Shown here piece by piece: positions 11,301-19,382 of a stretch of 64,000 bases of DNA. The DNA is from a virus (taxonomy: Duplodnaviria > Heunggongvirae > Uroviricota > Caudoviricetes), in the IMG/VR virus record IMGVR_UViG_3300049482_000044, positions 1-64,000 of that record; one strand, given 5' to 3'. The position numbers and the translations under genes were made by a program. A model generated the notes under the pieces. The model was not told the DNA's origin. It saw only the letters and a program-made list of their open reading frames with translations, and searched no databases. Position 1 is the stretch's first letter. Every line of letters begins with the position of its first letter.

Positions 11301-11636
11301 AATGCATGGATCGCAGCCCACGAGGTTCCAGAAATGCTAGACAACCCATTCGTTAAGTATTTGAATGAGGGGGCGGTGCTAAAGCAGGGCCGCAAATACG
11401 TGGTAGACTTTACCCCGTACAAGACTAAGGCTGGCAAGCAGATGGCCTATGTCGTGCTCGGAGATGAGGACGGCGGCATGGAGAAGGTTATGGTATTCGA
11501 AGACCTTTACCGTAAGTCTCTCGGCGCTATGCAGGCAGGCAAGACACCAAAACTAAGTCTGGCTAGATTGAAGTCAGGCGCTCTATTTGTAAAGGATATT
11601 ATTGATGACAGAATCGCAAATCGACCAGCAAATTGA
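8337..11636 (+). CDS. dnaE: DNA polymerase III alpha subunit (DnaE-type, PHP domain)
   Basis: N-terminal PHP motif HLHNHSQYSLLDG; 1099 aa; fingers motif GKKEDPHKF and tail-end OB region; unmistakable C-family polymerase layout. Confidence 0.85.
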   Translation: MTFVHLHNHSQYSLLDGLNSPTELVAAAKDFGQPGISITDHGTLSGHRELQRAAKAAGLKPVLGIEAYISPTDRFDKRSVKKRDDDTSLYNHIILLAKNQTGVRNIHKLSETAWTEGYYYKPRIDAELLSEHRDGIIVLSGCLNGLIAKAIEREDMDEAHRLTKWFKDEFDQDFYIEVQAHNPATTNGPLLELADYYGVRPVATSDCHYAKEEDGWIEEALLILSTNPKANPEADLAYSKTIKDIYERFNYLYPDRKMSFQNFNLYIQSRTSISDDFAKQGVTRTDIFDNTIHVLDSIGDYEYKENLAVLPKPKKDAAAELRRLCIEGLKRLGLDNNAKYLKRLEIELDIISKKDFSSYFLIVADMVNWTKGEGILVGPGRGSSAGSLVCYALDITTVDPIKRGLLFARFINEERNDFPDIDVDIEGRRRNEVKDYMVKKYKNVASVSTYSYFADKGVIRDAARVYGIDISEVNKALKPVGSFEEFETSINTRSFREKHPEVLDLAKHLRGRIRGAGMHAGGLVVANKPINLYAPIETRSSTSDDGTRIPVVAADKKEIALIGLIKIDALGVNTLSVIADALSLIKTHKNVDVKLLDLTLDDPAVFRMISAGFTKGVFQAEANPSTNLLVKMGCENFDTLVASNALVRPGAMNTVGASYVARKQGREQVKTPHPILDEITKETFGVIIYQEQVMLACTELAGFSWSEADEIRSIIGKKEDPHKFDAFKQRWLDGASKNISMEDAEQLWHDFEAHAGYSFNKSHADAYSTVSYWTAWLKYYYPQEFMTALLINENESAKVTSYLIEAKRLGIRVLLPHVNMSGMTYQMEGDAIRIGLSNIKYMSDKTVPSLMRHRPYDSYAALMEVAGTKGSGVTKRLIDALDAIGGAVFDDNPLTGNETSNFYEYLNIPKFDTSKIPLPVMLNVRTADEYEEEGTFAILAMIQNVKKGKGWALLDFVDETGQASVFTSDKADIEKGQMYLMLVSDNRVNAWIAAHEVPEMLDNPFVKYLNEGAVLKQGRKYVVDFTPYKTKAGKQMAYVVLGDEDGGMEKVMVFEDLYRKSLGAMQAGKTPKLSLARLKSGALFVKDIIDDRIANRPAN

Positions 11637-11791
11637 TATCAATCGTTTGCTGGCGGTGATTGCTGGAAAATTCGGGCCATTCGAATTAGGTGTAGAAGAG
11701 TTTGGAGTGCTCTACGCAGACGTTCCAACAACTGCTGCCATCCACTTTGATTTTGATGAGACCGGCGACCTGCTGACCATAAGGCGCGAAG

Positions 11792-12130
11792 ATGATAACT
11801 GAGACTAATTTCGATGGACTAGCAGATGAACTACACGCAACCGCCGTTGAAAAAGGATTCTGGCGAGGGGATATAGGCGTTGACTTTATTCTTTCTAAGT
11901 TGGCGCTTGTCCACTCCGAGGTCTCTGAGGTTCTAGAAGCCGTCCGCAAAGAAAAGGGGGACCAGCAGGTTGTCGAAGAAATGGCGGATATCATAATCCG
12001 CCTGCTTGATCTATACTCAGGCATGAAGGAAAACGGCTGGCTACAAGACGGCGTAAGCCTGGACCAGGTGCTTGACCAGAAGGCTAGGTTTAATACCTCT
12101 CGACCACGAATGCACGGAGTGCTTGCATGA
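11792..12130 (+). CDS. MazG-like nucleotide pyrophosphohydrolase
   Basis: LALVHSEVSEVLEAVRKEKG...EEMADIIIRLLDL matches the MazG EExxE/D helix motifs. Confidence 0.55.
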   Translation: MITETNFDGLADELHATAVEKGFWRGDIGVDFILSKLALVHSEVSEVLEAVRKEKGDQQVVEEMADIIIRLLDLYSGMKENGWLQDGVSLDQVLDQKARFNTSRPRMHGVLA

Positions 12131-12651
12131 TAGATATCAAGATCCTTGCACTACAGATACAGGCACTGAAATCAAATATGGACTGGATCAACGCGAGCAC
12201 ATTTTATATGCCCGCCACGACATTCGATATAGCACTTAAGAACGCCGAAGATCAGTTAGAGATTCTAAAAAAATGGAGGGCGATTCAACTTGGAAACATC
12301 AGCAACTGATATCTTGCTAGACCTGGCAAACGTTTTTGATAGGCAAGCACAGACTCATGGGTACGACCAGATAGACGATATGCCTCAAGAAGAATTACAG
12401 CAGAATTATTCTGCTGGTATTGCTATGGGGTTTAATATGGCAAGGATGCTGACTATTGCTACGCTTCAAGAACTACACTCGGAAAAGTGATATAATGGCT
12501 AGTGCCTACTTCCTAGAGGGAACAGATGACGAGTTCTTATTGGTGATACGAACTTTTAACAAAGCCGTCGCCCTTCAGGTTATTGAGGCTATCAAACTAC
12601 AGAAAACAAAAGAACTAGATCAAATTGCAGAACAATTAGAGGACAGCCTAC

Positions 12652-13716
12652 ATGATCGACATGTCAGCAGTATTAGCAAGCCTGGATCCAAAAACCAGAA
12701 AGCGCGTTCAAATGGCGAGCGAGGTAAAGGTCGAGAAGCAGTTAACCCCCAGCGTCGGGCTAAATCTGGCGCTTAAAGGAGGCCTTGCGTACGGTAGACA
12801 GCATTTGATCTGGGGGAATAAGTCAGCAGGTAAAACTAGTTTCTGCCTACAACTGATCGCGCTTGCTCAGAAAGATGGAAAGACATGTGCCTGGGTTGAC
12901 TGTGAGCAGACCTTCGACCCCGAGTGGGCGAAGCGTCTTGGTGTTGATATTGAGTCTCTGATCATCGTCCCCGAAATTGCAGTTAATAAGGTTACCAATA
13001 CCTGTGTCGAACTCATGCAGGCGGGTATTGACGTTCTGGTAGTTGACAGTATCTCGACAATTCTTAGTTCTGCTTATTATGATGACAACGAGTTAAAGGA
13101 TTTTGAAAAGACCGGCCAGATTGGTTCGTCGGCTAAGGATCTTGGAAAGATGTCCAATATGCTACTCGGAGTGAACGAGAAAACTTTGCTCATTCTTATC
13201 AGCCAGCAGACGACATTTATCAGCCCTACCTATACCAAAATGGAACACATGGGCGGGAACAAGATTAAGCATAACAGCAGTTCAGTTATCAAACTGTTTG
13301 CGACTGAGTCGGCCACGGAAGCCATCAAAGAAAAGATTGCTGTCGGAGACAGCCTTATCGAGACAATGGTTGGGCGTCCTGTCGTATGGAATGTTCAGTA
13401 TAATAAGACAGCAGCAATGGGTCCGGTAGGAAAATACAATTTCTTCTTCGAGGGCGATCACCGTCTAGGGGTTAGCCGTGAATCAGAACTAGTAAAGATC
13501 GGTGTGCTTTATAGCCTGATCAAGCGTTCGGGCGCATGGTATAGTTTAGGTGAAGCAACTATGCAGGGTGAAAGCAAGGTTGAAGACTTTCTCCGAAACA
13601 ACCCAGACGCAGCCGCAGAATTGGAGCGCAAGTTATATGACATCATTGATGGATCTACTACAGAGCGATTTGGAGACGTCACCGACGCCGACATCGAAGC
13701 CCTGGCTATCGACTGA
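12652..13716 (+). CDS. RecA-like recombinase
   Basis: LALKGGLAYGRQHLIWGNKSAGKTSFCLQLIA...CAWVDCEQTFDPEWAKRLGVDIESL parallels the RecA core (GPESSGKTT...FIDAEHALDP...LGVD). Confidence 0.7.
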   Translation: MIDMSAVLASLDPKTRKRVQMASEVKVEKQLTPSVGLNLALKGGLAYGRQHLIWGNKSAGKTSFCLQLIALAQKDGKTCAWVDCEQTFDPEWAKRLGVDIESLIIVPEIAVNKVTNTCVELMQAGIDVLVVDSISTILSSAYYDDNELKDFEKTGQIGSSAKDLGKMSNMLLGVNEKTLLILISQQTTFISPTYTKMEHMGGNKIKHNSSSVIKLFATESATEAIKEKIAVGDSLIETMVGRPVVWNVQYNKTAAMGPVGKYNFFFEGDHRLGVSRESELVKIGVLYSLIKRSGAWYSLGEATMQGESKVEDFLRNNPDAAAELERKLYDIIDGSTTERFGDVTDADIEALAID

Positions 13717-13812
13717 TATTAGTTTTCAATGTGAGTTGTGCTATGGGAATAATACACTTGTTGAATATCAAGAATGGGGAACCTTCAAGGTCACATGCAA
13801 TAACTGTGATCG

Positions 13813-14154
13813 ATGGTTCGAATGCAAGATCAACATACCGAGGTTTTAATGAGTGAAAAGTCGGAGATTAAGCGAGATGGTAGTAAAGCCCAGAAGAACT
13901 CCGGGCGGGGGAAGCATTCAAAAGGCGACGCCATTTATAGAGGGTTCCTTGTGGACTACAAGGAATACGAGAAATCGTTTAGCCTATCCCGTGACGTGTG
14001 GGCCAAGGTCTGCACCGACGCATATACGGTCGGCGGCTTTGAGATAGAGCCAGCCCTGAAGATAATCCTCGGCAAAGAAAACGAAAAGACCCGTCTTTAT
14101 GTTATATCAGAGACGATGTTTAATCAGTTAACGGAGCACCTAGATGGATCGTGA
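13813..14154 (+). CDS. hypothetical protein
   Basis: 113-aa ORF. Confidence 0.35.
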   Translation: MVRMQDQHTEVLMSEKSEIKRDGSKAQKNSGRGKHSKGDAIYRGFLVDYKEYEKSFSLSRDVWAKVCTDAYTVGGFEIEPALKIILGKENEKTRLYVISETMFNQLTEHLDGS

Positions 14155-14479
14155 GACAATCCTAGAGTTAGTGAGCAAAGTCACTGAACTCAATGATATT
14201 TCAGAGCATATGTCAGATGAAGATTTAGATACTGCGCTCGCATATGTGGTAAAATTAGTAGCGAACCCAGACGTGCCAATCTTCAAGGTTCCGGCCCTGA
14301 TCGTAAAACTACAGGCTATTGCCGCTCTGTGTCAGATAAAGGCTAAGCACTACCAGATTTACGGTGGTGGCACCGATACCCAGTCTAAGAAACTGGCTTC
14401 GGACAAGAAGAACATGTATTACACGGTTTCAGCCGAGATTGACAAACTTGTCGCCGCGCTGAAATACTATTCAAAATAA
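14144..14479 (+). CDS. hypothetical protein
   Basis: 111-aa ORF overlapping the previous stop. Confidence 0.35.
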   Translation: MDRETILELVSKVTELNDISEHMSDEDLDTALAYVVKLVANPDVPIFKVPALIVKLQAIAALCQIKAKHYQIYGGGTDTQSKKLASDKKNMYYTVSAEIDKLVAALKYYSK

Positions 14480-14482
14480 GGA

Positions 14483-15262
14483 ATGATCTTGCAGCGCAGC
14501 GCCAGTCTTACCAAATTTGTCGAAACACCTAAGGGCTTCGACGCTCACGCTTTTGGGTTGCTCATGGAGCAGACAATTGCTGGGCCACAAGAACCAGTAT
14601 TTAAAACAAAAAAGACTTTTAGCCCCTCGACCGTAGGCTACGGCCACGGAACCTGCCCGAGATATTGGCACCTCGCCTTCTCCGGTGTAGAGTTCGATGA
14701 TGCCCCTGATGCTACTGGGGCTGGGAATATGAATAACGGAACGTATGTTCATGATAGAATCCAAGCAAATTTGACCAAAGCCCTCGCTGAGTTGGTGGAT
14801 ATTGAGAGAGAGATCAATTTCCTAGAGCCTCCCATCCGAGGGTTTGTTGATGCCATTGTAAAGTTTAACGGCGTCGAGGCGGCGGGCGAGATCAAGTCCG
14901 CCAAGCAAGAGATCTTCGACGGTATAGTAAACACAGGGAAGCCGTTATCAAGTCACCTTGTCCAGTTGCTTATCTACATGAGAGTGTTGAATTTAGATAA
15001 CGGCTTCTTTTACTACGAGAATAAGAATACACAGCAGTTTATTATCCTCCCCGTTCAGATGAGTAAGTCGCTAAGCGAATATACTGATGAGATTTTTGAT
15101 TGGATGAAGGAAGTCCGACGAACGTTCGACGCTAAGGACTATGCAAAGCCCATAACAGCAAAGCGCAAGGCCAAGCAATGTACGTATTGCCCGCTCGTGG
15201 CGGCATGTATAGCAAAAGCCGATGGAACATCCGATCTAAAGCCACTGGCGGTGCGGCCTTGA
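14483..15262 (+). CDS. Cas4-like / RecB-family PD-(D/E)XK exonuclease with Fe-S cysteines
   Basis: N-terminal Cys (GTCPRYWHL), D...EIK nuclease motifs (VDAIVKF...GEIKSAK), C-terminal C-x2-C-x5-C (CTYCPLVAAC). Confidence 0.5.
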   Translation: MILQRSASLTKFVETPKGFDAHAFGLLMEQTIAGPQEPVFKTKKTFSPSTVGYGHGTCPRYWHLAFSGVEFDDAPDATGAGNMNNGTYVHDRIQANLTKALAELVDIEREINFLEPPIRGFVDAIVKFNGVEAAGEIKSAKQEIFDGIVNTGKPLSSHLVQLLIYMRVLNLDNGFFYYENKNTQQFIILPVQMSKSLSEYTDEIFDWMKEVRRTFDAKDYAKPITAKRKAKQCTYCPLVAACIAKADGTSDLKPLAVRP

Positions 15263-15546
15263 TGATTTGCGCTAACCCAGCCTGTAATAATATTTACCAA
15301 AAGAACACTCATAATCAAAAGTATTGCAGCCCTGAGTGCTGCAAGGTTGTAACGAATGAAGATATTAAGCGTAAGTATCACGAGAAGCGGGCGAGACTTA
15401 AGGGTCTTGTCCGCTATTGTGCTAACGGATGTGGAACGTTGCTATCAAGATACAACAAGTACGACACCTGCGCCTACTGTGACTCCACAGAAAAAACACA
15501 GCAGGCCCAGGCGTTAATGGGGCTGCTCAGTGTTATCTCGGTCTAA
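15178..15546 (+). CDS. Cys-rich zinc-finger-like protein
   Basis: 122 aa with repeated CxxC pairs (CANPAC, CSPEC, CANGC, CAYC). Confidence 0.35.
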   Translation: MYVLPARGGMYSKSRWNIRSKATGGAALMICANPACNNIYQKNTHNQKYCSPECCKVVTNEDIKRKYHEKRARLKGLVRYCANGCGTLLSRYNKYDTCAYCDSTEKTQQAQALMGLLSVISV

Positions 15547-16093
15547 GTACAAGAATGTAAAAACCGTGATGGGCATTGACGCCTCCACAAACTCCGTAGC
15601 GTTTTGTGTAATGGAGAACGGCAAGCCTGTCCGCTGGGGCGAAATTAAGTTCGTTGGAAGTAATGTATACGAGCGTATCCTTGATGCCAGCCTAAAGATG
15701 CGCGACCTGAAAGAAACATTCAAGGTGGATTATATTGCGATAGAGTCTGCCATTCTGGTAAACTCTGTATCTGTTGCTGTAAAAATGGCCTACGTGTTTG
15801 GAGCGATCATGGCAGAATTGTTGAGAGCGGGTGGTACTGTGGCAGAGGTAAAGCCCCTGGTGTGGCAATCGGCCATTGGAAATAAAGCCTGGACCGCCCA
15901 ACAGAAAGCCGCTCTAAAGAAAAAACATCCGGGCAAGTCATTATCGTGGTATCGTACAGAAATGCGTAAACAGCGCAAGCAGTTCACACTGGACTATTTC
16001 AATAAGAAATATAAGTTAAATATTGAATCAGACAACGTGGGAGACGCCTTTGGCGTGGCCTACTATATTTCCAATCAGGTAAAAAATGGCTGA
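15530..16093 (+). CDS. RuvC-like Holliday junction resolvase
   Basis: N-terminal MGIDASTNSVAFCV (catalytic Asp in the first strand) and a central YIAIESA acidic motif, as in the RuvC/RNase H fold. Confidence 0.5.
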   Translation: MLSRSKYKNVKTVMGIDASTNSVAFCVMENGKPVRWGEIKFVGSNVYERILDASLKMRDLKETFKVDYIAIESAILVNSVSVAVKMAYVFGAIMAELLRAGGTVAEVKPLVWQSAIGNKAWTAQQKAALKKKHPGKSLSWYRTEMRKQRKQFTLDYFNKKYKLNIESDNVGDAFGVAYYISNQVKNG

Positions 16094-16237
16094 CCTCTAT
16101 AAGAATCGGGCATGGCTTGCTGATCGATACGTAACCAAAAAAAGAAATGTTAATCAGATAGCGGACGAATGCGGTGTGTCCTTCCAGGTCATCCACTACT
16201 GGCTATCAAAATATCAACTAATTAGGAACCAGCGTAC

Positions 16238-16990
16238 ATGGAAGAAATAAGATATGCCGTCATGCATATTGATGACAGCAGGCTAACCAAGCGTACCGCT
16301 ATCAGGAACAAGTTGTTATTCTACGACGAAGCCGATATCGAATTTATCAACGGTGCTGACCCCGAGCAGGTCAAGGCGATGCGTAAAAAGTATCCGAATT
16401 GCACGGGCCGAGAGTGGATTCCTAAGGTTGGTGAAGTAGGCGTTTGGTATAGCCAGATGCAATGCTGGGATTGGGCGGTCAAGAACAACAAGCACCTTAT
16501 GGTGTTTGAGGACGACGCCATGCTGGACCCGAAGTTTGAAGAACTATGGCACAAGATGCTGCAGGAATTGCCCGCCGACTACGATTTCCTCTCGATCTTT
16601 GTACCAGATAATCAGGAGAATGACTATCTCTATATAAGGTTTTATGACGAGGGCGGTTACGCCACCGCTGAATCTACCGTGAGCGCTGATTGGTCTGGAT
16701 ATAACTTCGGCGCTGAAAACCTGGCTAAGGTTTATCAAGGCTATAGTTGCGTCGCTGCTATGTATTCTCCCAAGGGCGCTGCCAAACTGCTTGCACTCGC
16801 TGACGAGTACGGTATGTGGACGCCTGTTGACTGCTTTATTTTCTTGCACGCTCATGCTGGTAGACTAGAAGGGTACGCCCCGAAGCCCTCGTCTTGGTTC
16901 CCTAGGGCGGTACATATCGACTGGGAGGCTCCCAGTACGATTAGATATGGTGAAAGAATTAATCACGAACTATTGGTGGGAGAGGTATGA
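16238..16990 (+). CDS. glycosyltransferase (GT25-like)
   Basis: LMVFEDDAMLDPKFEE... the VFEDD motif is typical of family-25 LPS glycosyltransferases. Confidence 0.45.
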   Translation: MEEIRYAVMHIDDSRLTKRTAIRNKLLFYDEADIEFINGADPEQVKAMRKKYPNCTGREWIPKVGEVGVWYSQMQCWDWAVKNNKHLMVFEDDAMLDPKFEELWHKMLQELPADYDFLSIFVPDNQENDYLYIRFYDEGGYATAESTVSADWSGYNFGAENLAKVYQGYSCVAAMYSPKGAAKLLALADEYGMWTPVDCFIFLHAHAGRLEGYAPKPSSWFPRAVHIDWEAPSTIRYGERINHELLVGEV

Positions 16991-17559
16991 GAGTCGGATT
17001 TACAGGGTCGCACTCAACTGGCAAGACGAGTGTCGCAAGGTTAGTTGCAGAGCAAAACCCGTTCTGGGCGTTTGTTCCCTCTACCGCTAGAAAAGTAGCC
17101 GATGCTGGCCTCGGTGTGAACAGAGAGGCTGATCATATGTCTCAGGTTCTCACCACTCTATCAAGGTTTGTTGATGAGTCCCGAGCCCACGAAGAGGGCT
17201 GGGGCTTTACAGTAAGTGACAGAACCCCTCTAGACAGCCTTGCGTACACCAAATACCAGATAGATAATGTCTGGATCGGTAACGAGTTGAATAGTTTCTA
17301 CTGGGACTATTCTAAAAAATTCGTAATCGAAGCCATGAAGGTATATGATCGGGTATTCTATTTTCCCGTTGGCTCTTTCGCGCTTACCCTAGATGGACTC
17401 CGCGAAAACGACGAAAAATACCGTTCCGATATTGATGCTATAATTAAGGAACTAATAGTCGAACTGGCTATACCGGTTAGTATAGTTCCGGACGGAAGCG
17501 TCGAAGAGCGAACGAGATTTGTGTTGGAGAAGTGTGAAGATGCCTCTGTATACGTTTAA
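16987..17559 (+). CDS. P-loop NTPase / small-molecule kinase-like
   Basis: Walker A GFTGSHSTGKTS near the N-terminus; 190 aa, consistent with AAA_28/NadR-type kinases. Confidence 0.45.
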   Translation: MRVGFTGSHSTGKTSVARLVAEQNPFWAFVPSTARKVADAGLGVNREADHMSQVLTTLSRFVDESRAHEEGWGFTVSDRTPLDSLAYTKYQIDNVWIGNELNSFYWDYSKKFVIEAMKVYDRVFYFPVGSFALTLDGLRENDEKYRSDIDAIIKELIVELAIPVSIVPDGSVEERTRFVLEKCEDASVYV

Positions 17560-17712
17560 GTGTGACGAGTGCCAAGATTATGAAGAGATCAAATCAGACA
17601 TTGATAACAGAGACATGGAACGCAGATGCTCACACGATCAGAAACATATACTGCGACGGGTGCTTGACCGCCCCGCTCTGGTCTGGTCACCAACAAAAAA
17701 TGGAGGATACTC

Positions 17713-18258
17713 TTGATAATTGGGGCGTATCTATCTAGTCTTGGAGTGGGCGCTCGTTCTGGTTCCGCACAGTTGATGTCTATTGACAACGGAGTCTATA
17801 TGTTGATATGCGACTGCGGAACTCACTTTACCTTAAAACATTCCACTAGATTAAAAAATGACGGAATGTTCTCTTGCAAGTCGTGCTACTCCAAGCGCTA
17901 TGCAAATTCTTATTCTGAAAAGTGGTATCTTTCTAGCATTGAAAAAAGAATCAGGTCTGACGCATATGCTGCTAGTCGAGAGTACAGTTTATCTAGGGAT
18001 TTTTTAGAGAGGGCAATTTCAAAGCCGTGCTCGTACTGTGGGGCTGAGCCTAGCAATTTAATGACCTATAAAAGCAAGCATATGGGAATAATTAGAAGTT
18101 TTTGCTATAATGGCCTAGACAGAGTAGATAATTCTATAGGATATGTCGAAGATAACTGTATTCCATGCTGCAAGATTTGTAACCGAGCGAAGGGGAACCT
18201 GAGTTCTTTTGAGTTTCAGGAGTGGATTAAAGCCATATCATCCGGTGGTTATAGATGA
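17713..18258 (+). CDS. HNH endonuclease
   Basis: Cys pairs plus a C-terminal CCKICNRAKGN HNH-type motif. Confidence 0.45.
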   Translation: MIIGAYLSSLGVGARSGSAQLMSIDNGVYMLICDCGTHFTLKHSTRLKNDGMFSCKSCYSKRYANSYSEKWYLSSIEKRIRSDAYAASREYSLSRDFLERAISKPCSYCGAEPSNLMTYKSKHMGIIRSFCYNGLDRVDNSIGYVEDNCIPCCKICNRAKGNLSSFEFQEWIKAISSGGYR

Positions 18259-18563
18259 AATCCAAGAAGCGAGGCGCGCCCACTGCCCCAGAACACTTGT
18301 ATGCTGGCGGGGATAAGGTCTGTAGTTTTGAATTTCCGCTAGGGCGCGAACTCGTCAAGGCTGGTGACCGAATTAAGATAAAAAACGAGCGGGGCTGGTT
18401 TCGGTTCTACAAGGTAGTTCATAACATTAATCTTGGGGTGACCTGGGTTGATGTAACAGATAGTAAGACTGGCGAGTGGCGCAGTTTTTATCTAGAAAGA
18501 GTAAAGATGGTCGATAGACCGAAGAGGAGTTATAGAAAACGTGTTACGACAAACAGTGAGTGA
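18255..18563 (+). CDS. hypothetical protein
   Basis: 102-aa ORF. Confidence 0.3.
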   Translation: MKSKKRGAPTAPEHLYAGGDKVCSFEFPLGRELVKAGDRIKIKNERGWFRFYKVVHNINLGVTWVDVTDSKTGEWRSFYLERVKMVDRPKRSYRKRVTTNSE

Positions 18564-18834
18564 ACTTCCGGTTCATTCTTTCGGAACAAACGGATGCTAT
18601 CCGTATTGGCAGATTCCGCAGCAGTACCCATATTACTACCCATATGGTCATGATACTACACAGACAAGGTGGAAGTGTCCTGATTGCGGTGGTTGGGTGT
18701 TAGATACCGTACAGGTACATCACTGCTATAAGTATAATGGAGTAATCACCACTACTACCGCCAATACGGTAACAGTTTCAGGCGATCCCTCTACTCGGGT
18801 TTTCTTCCAGAAGCAGAATCCTGAAACGGACTAA
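18541..18834 (+). CDS. hypothetical protein
   Basis: 97-aa ORF, Cys/Tyr-rich. Confidence 0.3.
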   Translation: MLRQTVSELPVHSFGTNGCYPYWQIPQQYPYYYPYGHDTTQTRWKCPDCGGWVLDTVQVHHCYKYNGVITTTTANTVTVSGDPSTRVFFQKQNPETD

Positions 18835-19382
18835 TGGCCGCTGAATTAGAACTGGCCGATAAGTTCGAGACCATGAACAGGGTTGTCGAACAGAAACTCA
18901 CTGGGCAGAACCTGACACAGATCGCTCGCAACCTCGGCATAACTCGTGCCGAGGTAAACGAGTATTACGAGATGTTCAAGGTTATTGCCTCTGATTCAAG
19001 TAATATGAAAGCCCGCGCCCGTGAGGCGATGGCGACCGTTGATATTCACTATGATCGACTGATCCACGCCCTGTATAAGATCGTAGACGAAGCAGACGAT
19101 TGGCAGTCGATGGAGGGCGTCGATGCCAAGATGCTTAGCCAAAAGACTGGTGCTATTAGCAAGATAGCCGATCTAGAACTAAAGCGCGTTCAAATGCTAA
19201 AGGACGCGGGGCTGCTAGACGACCAGGAACTAGCACAGCAGGTTATCGACACAGAAAAGAAGCATGAGGTGCTTATCGGTATCTTGAAGGATGTTACGCA
19301 GCACTGTGATCGGTGTAGCAAGAAAGTAGCAGAGCGCCTGCGCGAAGTGAACAACGAGGCTGTGGCAGTAAAGTTTGTTTGA
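18834..19382 (+). CDS. putative terminase small subunit / HTH DNA-binding protein
   Basis: Immediately upstream of and overlapping terminase large; HTH-like LTQIARNLGITRAEVNEYYEMF. Confidence 0.35.
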   Translation: MAAELELADKFETMNRVVEQKLTGQNLTQIARNLGITRAEVNEYYEMFKVIASDSSNMKARAREAMATVDIHYDRLIHALYKIVDEADDWQSMEGVDAKMLSQKTGAISKIADLELKRVQMLKDAGLLDDQELAQQVIDTEKKHEVLIGILKDVTQHCDRCSKKVAERLREVNNEAVAVKFV